64,000 nt of DNA, taken from Vicugna vicugna. Its lineage: Eukaryota. Shown in pieces: positions 25,520 through 38,861 of this stretch (positions are counted from its first letter, which is position 1; each line of letters opens with the position of its first letter). The stretch is taken from assembly GCA_013265495.1 (NCBI GenBank), contig MU058213.1, positions 1,054,001 to 1,118,000 on the forward strand. The letters are read 5' to 3'. Under the pieces are notes generated by a model. The model did no database searches. It was not told the DNA's origin and saw only the letters and a list, made by a program, of their open reading frames with translations. A program made the translations under genes and the position numbers.

Positions 25520-25634
25520 GCTTTATGACGACACTCAGCCCCGCCGCGCCCGGCCGGCGGCCACTGCGACTCTCCGCTGCTGCCGCCGCCTCCCCGCCGT
25601 CCCGCTGCCCCTGCCGCGCCGCGCCCTTGCCTAC

Positions 25635-25700
25635 CTTACTCGCTTCTCCCGCTCTGCGACGCCCAATCACTTCCTTCTTTCCTTCAAAGGTCGCGGCTCG
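25635..25700 (-). other. ARPP19: Candidate upstream non-coding first exon of ARPP19, splicing to an acceptor at 25396
   Basis: AAG|gtaggc donor at 25634 and a pyrimidine-rich ...ctcatccgcag| acceptor 10 nt upstream of the ATG. The 5' end is uncertain. Confidence 0.5.
25663..25675. promoter_or_regulatory. CCAAT box abutting an ETS site (AGGAAGTG on minus)
   Basis: CCAATCACTTCCT read directly in the CpG island. Confidence 0.55.
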
Positions 25701-25734
25701 CGCCTCACCTCACATCCGTCTGCCGAATTGCTTC

Positions 25735-25748
25735 CTGGGAATTGTAGT
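25735..25748 (-). promoter_or_regulatory. ZNF143/THAP11-type motif ACTACAATTCCCAG
   Basis: Exact ACTACAATTCCCAG on the minus strand, with a GC box GGGCGGAG at 25753-25760 next to it. Confidence 0.8.
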
Positions 25749-26639
25749 TTATGGGCGGAGCTTTCTCTGCTCCCTTGCCTGCCTCTTCTGGTCCCTTTGA
25801 TCGCAAGAACTTTTCCTATTTCCACTTCCCCAGACTTACCTAGTCGGGTTCTCCTCGCTCCCCGCTTCGCGGCCGCACAGACTATTTTGGGCGACCCAAA
25901 GCTCTGTGCTTCACAAGTCGGCTTCGCCTGCCTAACCCTATGTGTCTTTCACATCCCCAATACTACGTCATCGCCTCAGGCTTTTCCTGAGCCCCGACAC
26001 TATACGCCAGACCCACCTCTTAAATGCTGTCACATCTCTGCATAGTTCTTCAACAACGCACGCTGTATTATTAGATAGTATTTGTTGTGATTACTCTATT
26101 AATGTCACCTTTCCTGCTCAGGAAAGTCACATGAGGGCATGGACTTCCTCCATATTTGCTTTTATTTTGTTCCCTGAGCCCAGCAATTTCTAGGTAGTCA
26201 CTACATATCTAATGAAGGAATTCGGCTTTCATTCGTGTGACTATTCCCAGGGTTCCATTCCCACAACTTTACTGAAACTGCTGGCACCAAACCCCTCCAA
26301 TGACCTTCCTAATTGCCAAATCCTTTAGCTTCACATTTAATTCTTACTCTACTTGACATCTGAATAGTTACTGGCAATATGTGGTAGTTCCAATAAAGTG
26401 CCTCTTGGAAACTTGGAATAAGATTGCTCTCTAAGGATTAAACTAGTAAAAAGCAACAGATAATGCAATTCCGTAGGAATTTGGAAACCATCAAAACTCA
26501 ACCACAGTGTCCTGGGTAGAATCTCAGGCAGGAAGCGTTGCACTGGGATTACAACCTGAAAAACAAAAAGTGCACTCCCTTTGGAGAAAGGAAAGAAGAG
26601 GTTTGTCAGACAAGGGAGTATTTAAAATACAAGGGTTTA

Positions 26640-26773
26640 GGGGGAGGGTATAGCTCAGTGGTAGAGTGCATGCTTAGCATGCAAGGTCCTGGGTTCAATC
26701 CCCAGTACCTCCATTAAATAAATAAACAAACCTAATTACCCCCTCAAAAAATAAATGATTAAAAAATAAAATG
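26640..26773 (+). mobile_element. Vic-1-type SINE
   Basis: A box TAGCTCAGTGG and B box GGTTCAATCC. TSD AAATACAAGGGTT at 26625-26637 and 26774-26786. Confidence 0.92.
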
Positions 26774-27503
26774 AAATACAAGGGTTCGAGAGGCCAACTC
26801 TTTGACAAGGCTATCCCTTGAGAGTGACTTAAGCTAGACCAGCTGAGAAACTTAAGATCAACTAAATATTTGTTCTCATTTCCTACTCACAAAGTAACCT
26901 ACTGAAAATTTGCCTTTCCTTTATGCAGACCTACAAGGAGAAAGGAGAATGCACTAGTTAGGCTAACTGAATCATCTAACAGTTGTATTTTTATTAATAA
27001 GTTGTCATTCTGATATATATCTTATATCAATGTATTTGTGAGCTAAAATCAGATAGACACATATATAGCAAATCAGCAATATGTAACTTTAATCTGTTTC
27101 TAAAAGATAGTGACACTCTCATGAGGTCAAGTTTGAATTTCTGAGCAGTAGATTTTGGCCAGTGGAGAATTCATAGAGGATGTGCCCCGTTGTGGGGACT
27201 GTCTGAGAAGCCATCCTTCCCCAAGTAATACCCCTGTGCATAATGGACCATGTACGTTAATATTTAAAATTATGCACTAATCATCAGGACCCTTTTTCTC
27301 AGAATTTTCTTCCCTTGACCTCTAGGATACCACTCTCTTGTTCTCTCCTTCTCTGGTCATTCCTTCTTAATCTCCTTTGTTGAGTTTTTACTGCCTCCTA
27401 AGGGAAAAATTCTAACAATCCTGTTCTTGGATCCCCTGCTCTTCTAGGTTTACACTGAGAGATTACTTCCACCCTCAACTGCCATTTATATATTCCAGGT
27501 CAG

Positions 27504-27648
27504 CAGTGCTGTCCAATGGAACTTTTTGTGATGATGGAAATTTTGTCTATCTGCTACCCATTACAGTAGCCACTAGCCTTATATGAATATTGAGCATGTG
27601 AAATGTGAATTTATTTTACTTCATTTTAATTAATTAAATTAGCCACAG
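27504..27648. mobile_element. MER3-like hAT MITE fragment
   Basis: CAGTGCTGTCCAATGGAACTTTTTGTGATGATGGAAAT...GTAGCCACTAGCC. Confidence 0.7.
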
Positions 27649-30600
27649 GAATTAGAATCAATGAGAAACCCTAAATGGCAGAGATTCTCATTAGGTCTGG
27701 AGCAAAGTCAGAGACTTGATGTTTAATCAGAGCTCCCCCTGGTGCTTCTGATGCATACACACAAAAGATTTTTCAGGCTTGGAACTTGGTAGGTGTATTT
27801 TGAAAACATCAAAGATCTTTTTGAGGTTTAGGTACCCTAGCTCAAGAGTTTGCAGGATCAAATAAAGGAGATCAGTTATCACACCCCATCCATTCCTCAA
27901 ACAGCTGAGAGAGGAAGTCTACCCGTATCATTGCTGATAATGTGGCAAACATCAAGAACTGAATACATTTTTAATGAATGAAAGAGACTAGATCAACTCA
28001 GGGAAACCAAGTGAGATATGGAGTGCCCAAAACTCTGAGGTTTATTATGGTGACATCTGTGAGCAAAACCCAGGGAACATTACCTGAATAAGCATATCAG
28101 ACAACTGTAAAAAGAGAAGTTTCAACAACTTGAGTGTTGGAAGTGGAACATGCCACTTCTCTAGGGACTTAGTGAGATGAGAGAACTTTGTATGAACTGG
28201 AAATTTTGGAGTAAGGAATTTTTGAATGAATTAAAAAGAACGATGAACAGTGGGGACCGGAAGAAGCTTTGAAAACTTCAAATATTTAAAATCTCAGAAA
28301 AGATTTGCCACATTGTGTTTCTAAAACTTACCACAACTGTATTTGCATGCCTCCTGACGTTATACTAAGTTGAATGGCCTCAAGAGTTGTTTGAGGACAT
28401 GCCTTCCTAAAGTCTTTCTCATAAAAATCTTTTCCCCCCTAATGATTAAAAGGCATTGCCTTATTATATATCACTTATAACATAGCAAATTATAGACTTT
28501 TTGACAAGAATATTGATGAAAAGTATATTTTAGTGCTAGGCCACAATTACTAGTGAAAAAAGTGGCAAAATGCCAGTGTAGTAAAGTGGAAAAGATGAGA
28601 TTTAACTTTTGATTTCAGTCCTGGCTCTTCAACCTACTGACAGTGCGGACTTTGGGCAAGCAGTTCAAGCCTCCACTTGTTTCATTGTAGACTATGTCCA
28701 TACTCTGTCTGAGTTTTATGGCTCTAAGTATTAAATAACAAATTGCTTACAGTGCCTGGCACATGGTAGGCATTCATATGTTCTCTTTCTCCTCCCACAG
28801 TGTCCAAGTTTAAGACACATATCTCTCACAGATAATCTGTGATGGAGTAGAATGAGCTGATTCCAATGCCACACAGAGACAGTCTTAGGGACTGAGAGTG
28901 AATGCCTACCATGATGAAAATTCCCCTTCCCATCTACACTGATACTGTGTTCCTAGGTCTAGTAGACCATATGGAGTGTCATATACCAAAATTTTGCACC
29001 TCTGCAAAGTGATAGAAGGGCAGAGAGAGGAAGGGGCTATCACATTTACTTTATATAATAGTGTAAAAAGTTTTTAGAGTAAACATGTATTGCACAAATT
29101 TTAAAAATTAAATTTCAAAACGAATCATTGATTCACTCACAAAACTGATTAGGGAAGAATAGGGATCCTAAGTATGCAGTCTTTGAGGAAGAAATTTCTT
29201 CCTTTCTTTAGCCCTCTGGGAATGAGACCTGGTGGGGTGAAATGGCAGGAGGCGAGAACCTTCTGATGGTACCTTCCAGCCAGTCCCCATTTCATCACTT
29301 GTTAATATTTTTCATCCTTATCTGGTAAGAAAATTTCCAAAGACTTTCTGAAGGTTATTTGTGCCCTGGAGGTCCTTTGAAAAGAAAAGTATCACTCATT
29401 TTGTTAGTCACTGCCCAGTAAGCCTGCAGTAAGTGAGGGGATCTGTTATCTACCACAGGCAGCAGTGCTGGTTGTCTTCTAGAATCTTTACCTGCATGCC
29501 GGCTCTCAGTCTAATGATATAATCTGTGAATACGAAGAGGAGCCATATAGGAAGTGTGGAAAAGTCTCAGCCTATGACAAAAGAAGGGGAGAAAAAGAAG
29601 CAGTATTATAGAGACAGTGCCAAGCAAATGAGAGAGACAAGTGCTGGGGAACCTCACCTCACTGGGAAAGTCAACATGGACAAAAAAGATTCTAAGAAGT
29701 AGAGGGACAACATGCCAGCACTTGTTTCCCTTGCACAAACTTGGCTAGAAAGATGCATCCAGATGCTTAAATCGTTTTCTTGAAATTTTCTTTAAGATGC
29801 CCAGCAAGGTGGAAAACTAGGTACTAGAAAGAATTCTGAAAAGACTACAGTGTGGTATTTATGTTAAAAAGATACCTGTATACACATACATCACTAATTT
29901 TTGCATCACTAGGGAGGGTAACGTAGCAGTAACACTTTTTTAAATTAAAAAAAAAGGCATTTTGGTGTTTTAACTACTTGGCATTTTCCAAGTTTTAAAT
30001 AAAATTGTCAGTATTGACCTTTGTCCAATGTATAAGAAGCCTAGATACATGTATTGAAATACTTAATTAGATGACAGAATCTAAGAAGAGAAGGCACATT
30101 AATGTTACTCTCACCACATCCTCTCAATCACACAGACCCAGAAAGGTTACAGGATTCCTGGAATCAGTCCCATCAGATACTATTAGAGCTAGGACTATAG
30201 TCCAAACCTTTTGGGTCCTAATCCCATGTTGTTTCCACACACCTGACGATTAAGAACAGATCTTCATAAATTTGTGCCTCTGAAAATGTTTTTATTTTGT
30301 TTTATGGAATATAAATAGGCTTTTCTCTTTAAGCTGGTATTTTAAAAGGGATTTTTAAGAGGCTTCTTGCTGACCACCCCACAGCCTGCAGCCACACACC
30401 CAACTCTCGTCCAGATACCTTCGTATAGAGTATCCACTAGATGAGTCCCCAAATAAAAACCTTCCCATCTCCCAAATACCAGACTGCACACTTGGCTCTA
30501 GACTCCCAGGTTTCCTATGTCTGACCCACTTGAATGGCATGTATTTTCTACCTGATTCACAGCTTTGTCTGAGCATTCCCAGTATTTGCGTCTTGTTATC

Positions 30601-30879
30601 TGATCTGCTGTTGCCCACTGTCCCTGTACAAAGATCTAAAACCACTCTTCTTTCTAAGGGGGCTGGATGGAAGACTTCTTATGCTCTCAATCAAATTCCC
30701 TTTCTCAGTGGTTTTCCCAGTTGCCAAATGCCTTTCATGTGACCCTCCCTGAATGAGAAAGTGATTAACTGGTATGAGGCTCAAGACATCGTCCCTCTCC
30801 TTTTGTTAGCTGTGAAGACAGAACACAAACTGCCGATGGGTACCAGAAATTCACTCAATCACATAAATGTCTCATCTAA

Positions 30880-31755
30880 AAATGAAAGCCAAATACACGT
30901 TTCTTTGTTTTTTGCATATATTTACAATATAAATACTAATTTGTTTCCAAAGTACATATTCTTTTAACAATTTGCAAAAGTTATCTAGCACGGGACAGCA
31001 ATTTAATGTAAAGCCTCTGTAGTAGTGATTAAGGAAAAAATAGAACTGTTTCTGGGATAAGGGGTTCTAGAAGGACTATGAATGGGCATGATGATCTGAA
31101 CCTGCAAGGGAAGTGTGAAGCAGCTGGGTCCGCCTGCACCGCCAGGACAGCCTGTTAGGGGACTACCACGTGAGACAGCAACCTGGACGCGGGTTGTAAA
31201 AACTAAACCCGGGAGATATAAAAAGTACACATGCTTGCATAGTGCGTTAATCTTAAAGAAGCTCAACATTTCATTCTCATTTTCAATAACTTAAAGGAAT
31301 AGTACTTAAAACACATCACACAAAATTAAAAGACTTGTGCATATATTTCAGATTTCAACATTAATGTCAAAAATACATAGTATGATTTTACATAGGATTT
31401 GTGCTACGTTAGAACACTAGAGACAAACATCACTTGAGTATTAGGGAAAACATTAAATATTAAATAACTGAAAAATAAAACGTGTAAACACTAATCTAAC
31501 TGCGGGGGTGGAGGGGTTGCTATTGCAACATGTCCAATGAAGTGGTTTCAACAGTACAAAAAGGATTAGGATATGAGTATTTCCAGTCTACTTGGAATAT
31601 GTGGATCTCATTCCAGGAATCCTTGAATAAAAACTGGTCCAGGATAACAGGAGAGGATTCACTCTCCTGCTGGTTATTTTGGTACACTCCCTTCTACGCT
31701 AATTTTTGCTTTCAACCTTGGGTACTGAGCAAATACTTTAAACTGTCACTCCTTA
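30880..31755 (-). other. ATOSA: ATOSA 3'UTR
   Basis: AT-rich. Contains TGTAAATA (Pumilio element) at 30919-30926, a miR-30 8mer TGTTTACA at 31483-31490, and variant signals ATTAAA (31002-31007) and AACAAA (30905-30910). The end is inferred. Confidence 0.6.
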
Positions 31756-31909
31756 TCAACATCTCGGTGAAAACTGAGGGTTTGTTGGCGATTCAGTGTA
31801 GGATTTGAGTTCATATGCAGCACCGCTATCAACTTCCATTGACTTTCTAGAGAACAGTAGCCGTACATCTCTGTGGAGGTAGATCTTTCCAGATTTAGAA
31901 CTCTGGAAC
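31756..31909 (-). CDS. ATOSA: ATOSA last coding exon (FQSSKSGKIYLHRDVRLLFSRK...PQFSPRC*), Chromosome_seg / Atos C-terminal domain
   Basis: gtttag| acceptor and tandem stops TGA TAA. The 11 exons total 3248 nt in one consistent frame. Confidence 0.95.
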
Positions 31910-33435
31910 CTAAACAAAGACACAAGAAGAAGATGCGTCATTTTAGGGAATTGGTGTTTAAAATAAGCAAACCTGAGTAATTACATTTTGAAAGCAGGAA
32001 GAATTAGTCTTGCTGTGATATTGACAGGATCTCTTTATTGAGATATTTAAAGTCTTACATTGCCAAAGCTCGTGCTGCTATTTAAGTGCCTCTTCCTATT
32101 CTTTAAATGTTCTGTACTCCCTTCCCTGCTTACAATGACAGAGTTGCTTCTTTCTGTATATCTGGGTTTCACGTACAATCCTGCTTTACCTCCCCGGCAC
32201 CACAGCACATACCTTTCCTCATCTACAGCATCCAGTTTCAGTTCATGCCAGCCAATTATATTTCATTTGGGCTTTGCAGGCCCAGCACCTTCTAGCTACA
32301 CAGAATGACCCATTTCACACAATTTGCCCTCCTACAATTTTGAGCATACTAAAAAGGATTCCATACTTGGAAAGTCATCACAGAAAATGATCAAGTTTCG
32401 AGGACAATCACAGGATGAGAAAGGATGAAAGGACTGCTATCAATCAGCAGTGGCTAGCTAAATAAAGCCTAATCATCATTAAAAAAAAAAAAAACAAGAG
32501 GAAAGTTAGCAGTGAAATGAAAGTAGTTACCAAAGCTTCTATCCGCTGCTTAAATCTACAACATAATATAGGGGGTTGGAGGCTTTAACCACATAAATTT
32601 AACTGGCAGATAGTCAAACATACCGTTTGGTGCTAATTTCTCTGGTTTTCTCTTTGCATAGCAGAAATATTCTGTGTTTGTGGACTTTATTCCTAAATTA
32701 GCTGAAAAATCTGGTGGTCAGTTGTATATATTAAAGCAGACCCCTGACTGGCTTACTCATTCTTTCTGAAGTTTTTCACCTTCTCAACCTGAAGGAGAAC
32801 ATGGTGAACTTTGGGAATTATGCCATATTTTCCAAAGCAGTTTCTTTACAGCATTTAAAGTATCTAATCATGATGTGGGGATTATAAAAGCTGAGATAGT
32901 TGATTTTTACTTTGGTTAATGTTGGTTACATACAGCTAAGGTTGTAACAGATTAAAGAGGTCCTCTGCCTGGGCCCTGGAAGGAAGGTGCCTCCTCCTGA
33001 TGAATAGGGCTCCCTGGAGTAAGGAATTACACTAAGATAAATTACTGTCACTGACATGATTGAGGACTTACTGTGAACATCAGAAAGTTATTAGGAACAG
33101 AGTTACAGGCAAAAGGCTATGGAATTTTCTTTTAACCAATAGACTTGCTCATTGATCCTAAGAACTACACTAAGATTTCAGGGCTGAAAACCTTACCTTA
33201 GGATGCTGGGAGCATGGACCTCAAGAGCCAATAGATGGTTTCTCACAACTTAGATGTGTGAGCTGGGTAGTAAAAATCAGAGGAAAACATATTTCTGATG
33301 GGATCACTAGAATACAAACTGTCTGAGGACAGAGATTTTGTCACTGCTATTTCCCTGTAGTCTAGAAGCATGCCTGACACATCAACACTTGAACAAATGA
33401 ATGAATAAATGAAGGTTAAGAACTTCCCTGTCCTT

Positions 33436-33541
33436 GGGGAGAGGGTATAGCTCAGTGGTAGAGTGTGTGCTTAGCATGCATGAGGTCCTGGGTTCAATCC
33501 CCAGTACCTCCACAAAAAACAAACAAACAACAACAACAAAA
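33436..33541 (+). mobile_element. Vic-1-type SINE (short-tail form)
   Basis: TSD AACTTCCCTGTCC at 33421-33433 and 33542-33554. Confidence 0.92.
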
Positions 33542-33547
33542 AACTTC

Positions 33548-33856
33548 CCTGTCCAATTCAGCAGCCACTAGCCACATGGGGCTACTGAGCACTTGAAATG
33601 TGGCTAGTTCAAATTGAGTTGTGCTGTTTGTTAGTGTGAAATAAGTATTTACATCAAATATTTACTATAGCAAAAGAATGTAAAATAACTCATTGATAAT
33701 TTTACATAGATTTTATATTCAAATTATAACACTTGAATTTGCTAGGTTAAATAAAATATACTAATCCTTTGTTTCATACTACTTTTTAAAATGTGGCTAC
33801 TAGAAAATACAGAAATACATACATGGCTCATATTACTATTCTATTGGACAACACTA
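33548..33856. mobile_element. MER33/MER3-like hAT-Charlie MITE
   Basis: CTGTCCAAT...AGCCACTAGCCACATG...GAGCACTTGAAATGTGGCTAGT...CTATTGGACAACACT. Confidence 0.75.
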
Positions 33857-34127
33857 GTTTAGAAAACTGGGTTTCACTGCCCCAGATATATCAGCATTTG
33901 TTTCGCTATAAAATATTTTCTATTATACAGCTATACATGAAGACTCCCCTTATTCAACAACGATGACCAGAGGAAGATATGCCATGTGTTTTCTGCATCA
34001 TGGCATCTCATAAAAGTGTCCAAGTTAAGCAAATTCCAAGGGGCACTGGTCTAGTTAGAGCAACAGTTTTTAAAAATAAACTTAAAAATTGTAGAGTTTT
34101 CTTCTAAATATTCATTTGAAGCATTAC

Positions 34128-34327
34128 CTCAAATGTATGAGGTAGCGTAATAACCGTTCTTCTGTATGTCGGATGTTCTCTTTATTAACACTTCTCTTCA
34201 TTTCTTGTTTAACAGGTACAGAAAAAGTTCTTTGTCGTAGGAATGTCTGATGATTGGCTGGCATATCTCGTAAGTCATATATCACAACAAACATCTTCAC
34301 CACAGTCTTATTAGGATTAAATAAGGT
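34128..34327 (-). CDS. ATOSA: ATOSA penultimate exon (TLFNPNKTVVKMFVVIYDLRDMP...LLRYLIHLR)
   Basis: cttcag| acceptor, GAG|gtaatg donor, 200 nt. Confidence 0.95.
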
Positions 34328-36591
34328 CTGAAGAAACAATATAGAAATTATTCTTTAAAAACAGTATTTTGTTGATCTGACTCAAAATGACTGAGCCAAT
34401 AATAAAATAGGCTTTTTCATAATAAATTAATCCCAGTGGATACAATTCAGTTTGGCGGAATAAAGTTAATACAATTTCAGAAGTTTATGAAATGATATTC
34501 AATTTTTAAAAAATGGTTCAGTTTAATTTTTTATTCACAGTAATATAAGATCCTGTAACAAATTAGAATTTTTAGTCACAAGTCTCATTAATAATGGACA
34601 ATACATAACTTTCACTCTTGTTCACATTTTAAGAAATGGTCCGACTAGATTAAGCAAAATATATCTTCACTGGATTAAAATATTCCAGTTCAATTATTTC
34701 AAAAGTTAGCTCCATTAAAATGCATCAGTTGCAAAATACTCAAATTGAATTTTAATTTTCCTCATATTTTAATAAAGAATAAATATAATTTTTAAAATGT
34801 AAAAGCTTGGCAAAACTAGACTTTGGTGTTTTAGGTACACATAGTTATTATAAAATTTAAAATATGTTCTCAAAAAAGAGACCTTTTCCCATTTGGAAAA
34901 TTTTCCAAGTTTAGAAAATAAAGTTCATTATTATTAGTTACAATGTAGACTAAGTAATACTTCATGTTCTTATAGTTGAATTCATTTCAAAAACTGTAGT
35001 GACACTATACTTTTTAAAAAATCATCATCAATACCATAATAGACCAAAATTAAGTTCAACTGATACTTGGCCATTAATAATTGAAGAAATATTATTTTTT
35101 AAGGTACTACTTTTTAAACAAAATCCAAGCTGCTGATTTGACTTTAACCAAATTACCAACACATCAATAGGTAACTTGGTGCCCATGCTTTCAGAAGCTC
35201 ATCCGTGGCACTGGACATCACTCACTGAATCAAAATGAGAAATATATCAATATTATGATCCAATTTTTGAAATCTAGTGAGTCTTAAGATTAAGGCTAAT
35301 ACATTTAATAACTACAATAACTAGCAAGCCAGGAGTTCAAACCATGTTTATACATAATTAAACTTATATAAGGAGTGAAAGACATACCCAAAATTCAGAT
35401 TCAGAATTAACCATTATTGTTGGCAGTCTTCAAACAAGGGGTAATAGGTTTATGTCTCATTATTATGAAAACTGACAGCCAGCTTTCCAGTGACTCACAC
35501 TTTAACAAGAGCAACATAGCCCGAGGCAAGAGATTAGAAGATGATCACTCTTTTAGTTCAGGAAATCCATCCAACATAGAGATCTTACTTTAATATGCAG
35601 TGATTTTTCCTCAGTAAAATTTATGCATGTGTACATATTGTAATACATAGACACATATATATTGCATAGTATTACAGTTCATCCCTGTGTGATATGAGAC
35701 AAACAAATGTACAGACTCCTTGCTGCACTGGAACAATGGTGATGAGTAAACGTGGTCTGGTAAAGCATTGAGTACACTATAGCCAAAGGTCAGAAAAAGG
35801 TTTGTTGAATTAGACCAGATTCTGAGTGTGAGAAACTCAGCTAGGCTTTTTTTTTTTTTCTAAATTTCAGCTTTATTGAGGCACAATTGACAAATACCAG
35901 CTAGACTCTTTTCAAGAGTTGCAAGAGCCACACTGTAATAGACTTCCAAGCTTACAGGATTATCCTGGGTCTGACTTGGAAACAAACGCAATGGCAAACT
36001 AGCCTTGATACCAAATTACTCTTCTGAGAATCAAGGATGATGAAGGATTATTGCTCTGGGCTAGAAGTCTCCCGAGCCCAAACTAGATCAACACCTAGAC
36101 TAAAAGGAGAGATGCCTTCTCTGCTTGACATTTGTCAGACTGCATTTCTGCTTTGTGTAACCATCTCACTAGATTAATTTTAGAAATTATTACACTAAGG
36201 ATAATAGAATATTGCTTTCCAAGTTTTCCTGCCAAAACAATACTCACATTTGGGGTTTCATTTTACATAGATCAATCTCAGCCTGGCTTATTATATTAAA
36301 TAGAAGGCACTGGCATTGCTAAATTCTAATTATATTAAAAATAGCTCTATTTAAGTTAACTGTCATATACTATTTTTCTAATGCATTCACCTTGATTAGC
36401 TTATTAATGCTTTCCTTTTATGGAGGTCCCCAAATGGTCATTCCTGGGGCAGAGCAGGGAAACTCCAAACAAAGCTGCAGCCCCACTGTTACTTACCAAA
36501 GTTGTTGCAGCAGCAGTAGCAGGAGAAAGGGCTAAGTTCTATATGTATGTGAGAGAATGATTATTGCAATTGTAGGCTATAAAACACATAC

Positions 36592-36660
36592 CACTTGTAT
36601 TGTTCCTGAAGGAGGTACTCGATAACCCCTTTTACCAAGGGACTCTAAAGTAATCACACC
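36592..36660 (-). CDS. ATOSA: ATOSA exon (GVITLESLGKRGYRVPPSGTIQV)
   Basis: ttcaag| acceptor, GTG|gtatgt donor, 69 nt. Confidence 0.94.
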
Positions 36661-36699
36661 CTTGAAATAAAAGAAGACAAATTGAGTACAAACTCACGC

Positions 36700-36730
<31 letters not shown>
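36700..36730. repeat. (TA)n(CA)n compound microsatellite
   Basis: Read directly; about 40 nt upstream of the acceptor at 36661. Confidence 0.85.
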
Positions 36731-37164
36731 AAAGACTAAAATAATAATAAATCATGTAATTACTAACATTTCAGAATTGTATTTGTATGGAAAAACATTC
36801 ACAGAGAATTAATAGAGATACATTCTATGAATATGAAATAGTGAGGATCCCTCCTGTAAGGAAAGAATTTACTGCGCTTCCTGGAGATGTTGCAATGAAC
36901 AATATGTAACATCAGTGACCATGCGGCCTGAAATTTCTATTAAGGTGTAAGATACAGAAGTGAGAAGTTCCTTAACTAAAAAGGAAGTAAGAATTATTCT
37001 CTTGTATCATGTGGGAAGAGGGAAATGAAGAAGCAAAACAATTTATTGGTCTTTGGACATATAAAAAGCCAGGAATGAGCAAGGGTCTAAGTCTTGCCCA
37101 AAAATGAAGTCAGTTCTTCAGTCAGCAAGTTGAGTTGTTATATACCTACATGGATTTCTGACTA

Positions 37165-37312
37165 GAGATGGACTAACATCATCAGCATCACCTATGAACC
37201 TGTTAGAAATGCAGAATTTCTGGCTTCTCCCCATACCTACCAAATCAAATCTGCATTTTAACAAGATTCTCGAGTTGATATCACACGTACATTAAAGTTT
37301 AAGAAGTACTGT
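37165..37312. mobile_element. MER5A-like hAT MITE
   Basis: CATCAGCATCACC...TGTTAGAAATGCAGAATT...ATCTGCATTTTAACAAGATTC...AAAGTTTAAGAAGTACTG. Confidence 0.75.
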
Positions 37313-38861
37313 TGTATTATATAAAGCAGTTTTCTGAAAAAGATGCTCTAATCACTGCAGGGGTCCAAACAATTGGAAACAGTATAAATTAAAACAAGGG
37401 AAGCTAAGATTGAATGCGTGTAAGTCCCTAGATAACCAGGATGACTAAATGACTACAGGTGGTGATTGTGAGACTTAATTCCTAGATAGTTTTAAGGAGC
37501 AAATGCTGATTCATTTGTCTTAACTGGATGAATAGTTTTCTTTTGGGTAGTTAAGTAGAGTAATTGTACACTCCACAGTTCTTATCCTATCATTATGCAC
37601 TGTACATGCCAAAACATGTCAACCTTATGTAAAAGCAAATATAAAACAGGACTGTCCCATCAGGCAACATCTCTGTCAGGTTTGAAAGACAGACCAGGGA
37701 TGGTGGTAGGGGGTAAGAAGGACAGGACAAAGGTAAAAGGGAGGGCCAGACTCCAATATGTGAATACCTAATCTCCAATGAACAGCACTTGACAATCAGA
37801 ATATTAAATTAACACGTTAATAATGGGAAATGCTCATGGAAATGGGCACTGAAAAGACATATGTGGTTCTTAAAAATCTGATTTATCACACGGTCATTTA
37901 AAGCATGACAACAGCATTATCAACAAACTGTATTCCTAACCAAAACGGCAATAAAATTTCAACAATTTCTCTCTACAATCTTCTCTACATGAAAAAAATG
38001 CTATGGTATATGAAGTTCCTCTTCTTCCTAGTTCCAGGAAGAAAAAGCAAAACATATCTAAATAACAGCTACCTTTCTAATCATATTGCTACAGACAATA
38101 CATTACTGTTCTTCCTTGCCATCCTCCCCTAAAGACATATAGGAAAACTAGTGAGGCAACAACTACTACCAAGTTAATACTTATTTCCTTTAATAGATAC
38201 AATTCTAATAGTTCTTAGAACGTGATAACAGTAACTAAATCAATATATAAAGAAATAATAGATTTTTTTTAAAGTCTTATCAAAGTTTAAGGCAACAATT
38301 TACAACAATTACTTCTAAGCAATGTAAGGCCAGTATTGGCAATGGTAAGTTAGGAATTTTAGAAAGAGATTGGGAAAGTATTTGGAATTTTAATAGTATT
38401 ATTATTAAATTTAGTATTTAAATAATTTCATTATTTTAATTGGTTGACATATTAATATTTCCACCTAGAAAGTTACTGTGTTTAACATAAAGAAGAAAAA
38501 CACACTTTCTTCTGCTATTTAAGGATGGAATAGGAAGATTAAGATGAACTAAATTTGGTCAAAATCTTACACAAAAACTCCTTCTTAAATGATTGGGGAA
38601 TACAGAAGGAAGTATATCTTAATGTGGTTAATTACAAATAGAAGAGACTATATAGCATTGTTAATAAGATACTAATGCAAGTCATACTATGAATTTGCCC
38701 CTGAAAAACTTGCTTTAGACCTTCTGCCTGGCTCCCCCCTGCAGTAATTTCTAAACAGTGAAATGTTGTCATATTACATAACACTTGGAGAACATTTTTA
38801 CCACTGACACCCAAGTGGAGGTAGATATTTTATGGCTTTAAGGTAATCTTTAAAACAAATT

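Larger units (their letters stand above)
24950..26010. promoter_or_regulatory. ARPP19: CpG island / ARPP19 promoter
   Basis: Abrupt GC- and CpG-rich block in otherwise CpG-depleted DNA, surrounding the ATG exon. Confidence 0.93.

Noticed and set aside
25054..26045. Overlapping 70-203 aa ORFs on both strands
   Set aside because: Pro/Ala/Arg-rich products of stop-poor CpG-island DNA. Only 25342-25386 is supported, as ARPP19 exon 1.
26641..26712. tRNA-Ala-like genes (also at 33436, 19157, 58697)
   Set aside because: They have A-rich tails, TSDs and disrupted stems, so they are SINEs rather than tRNA genes.
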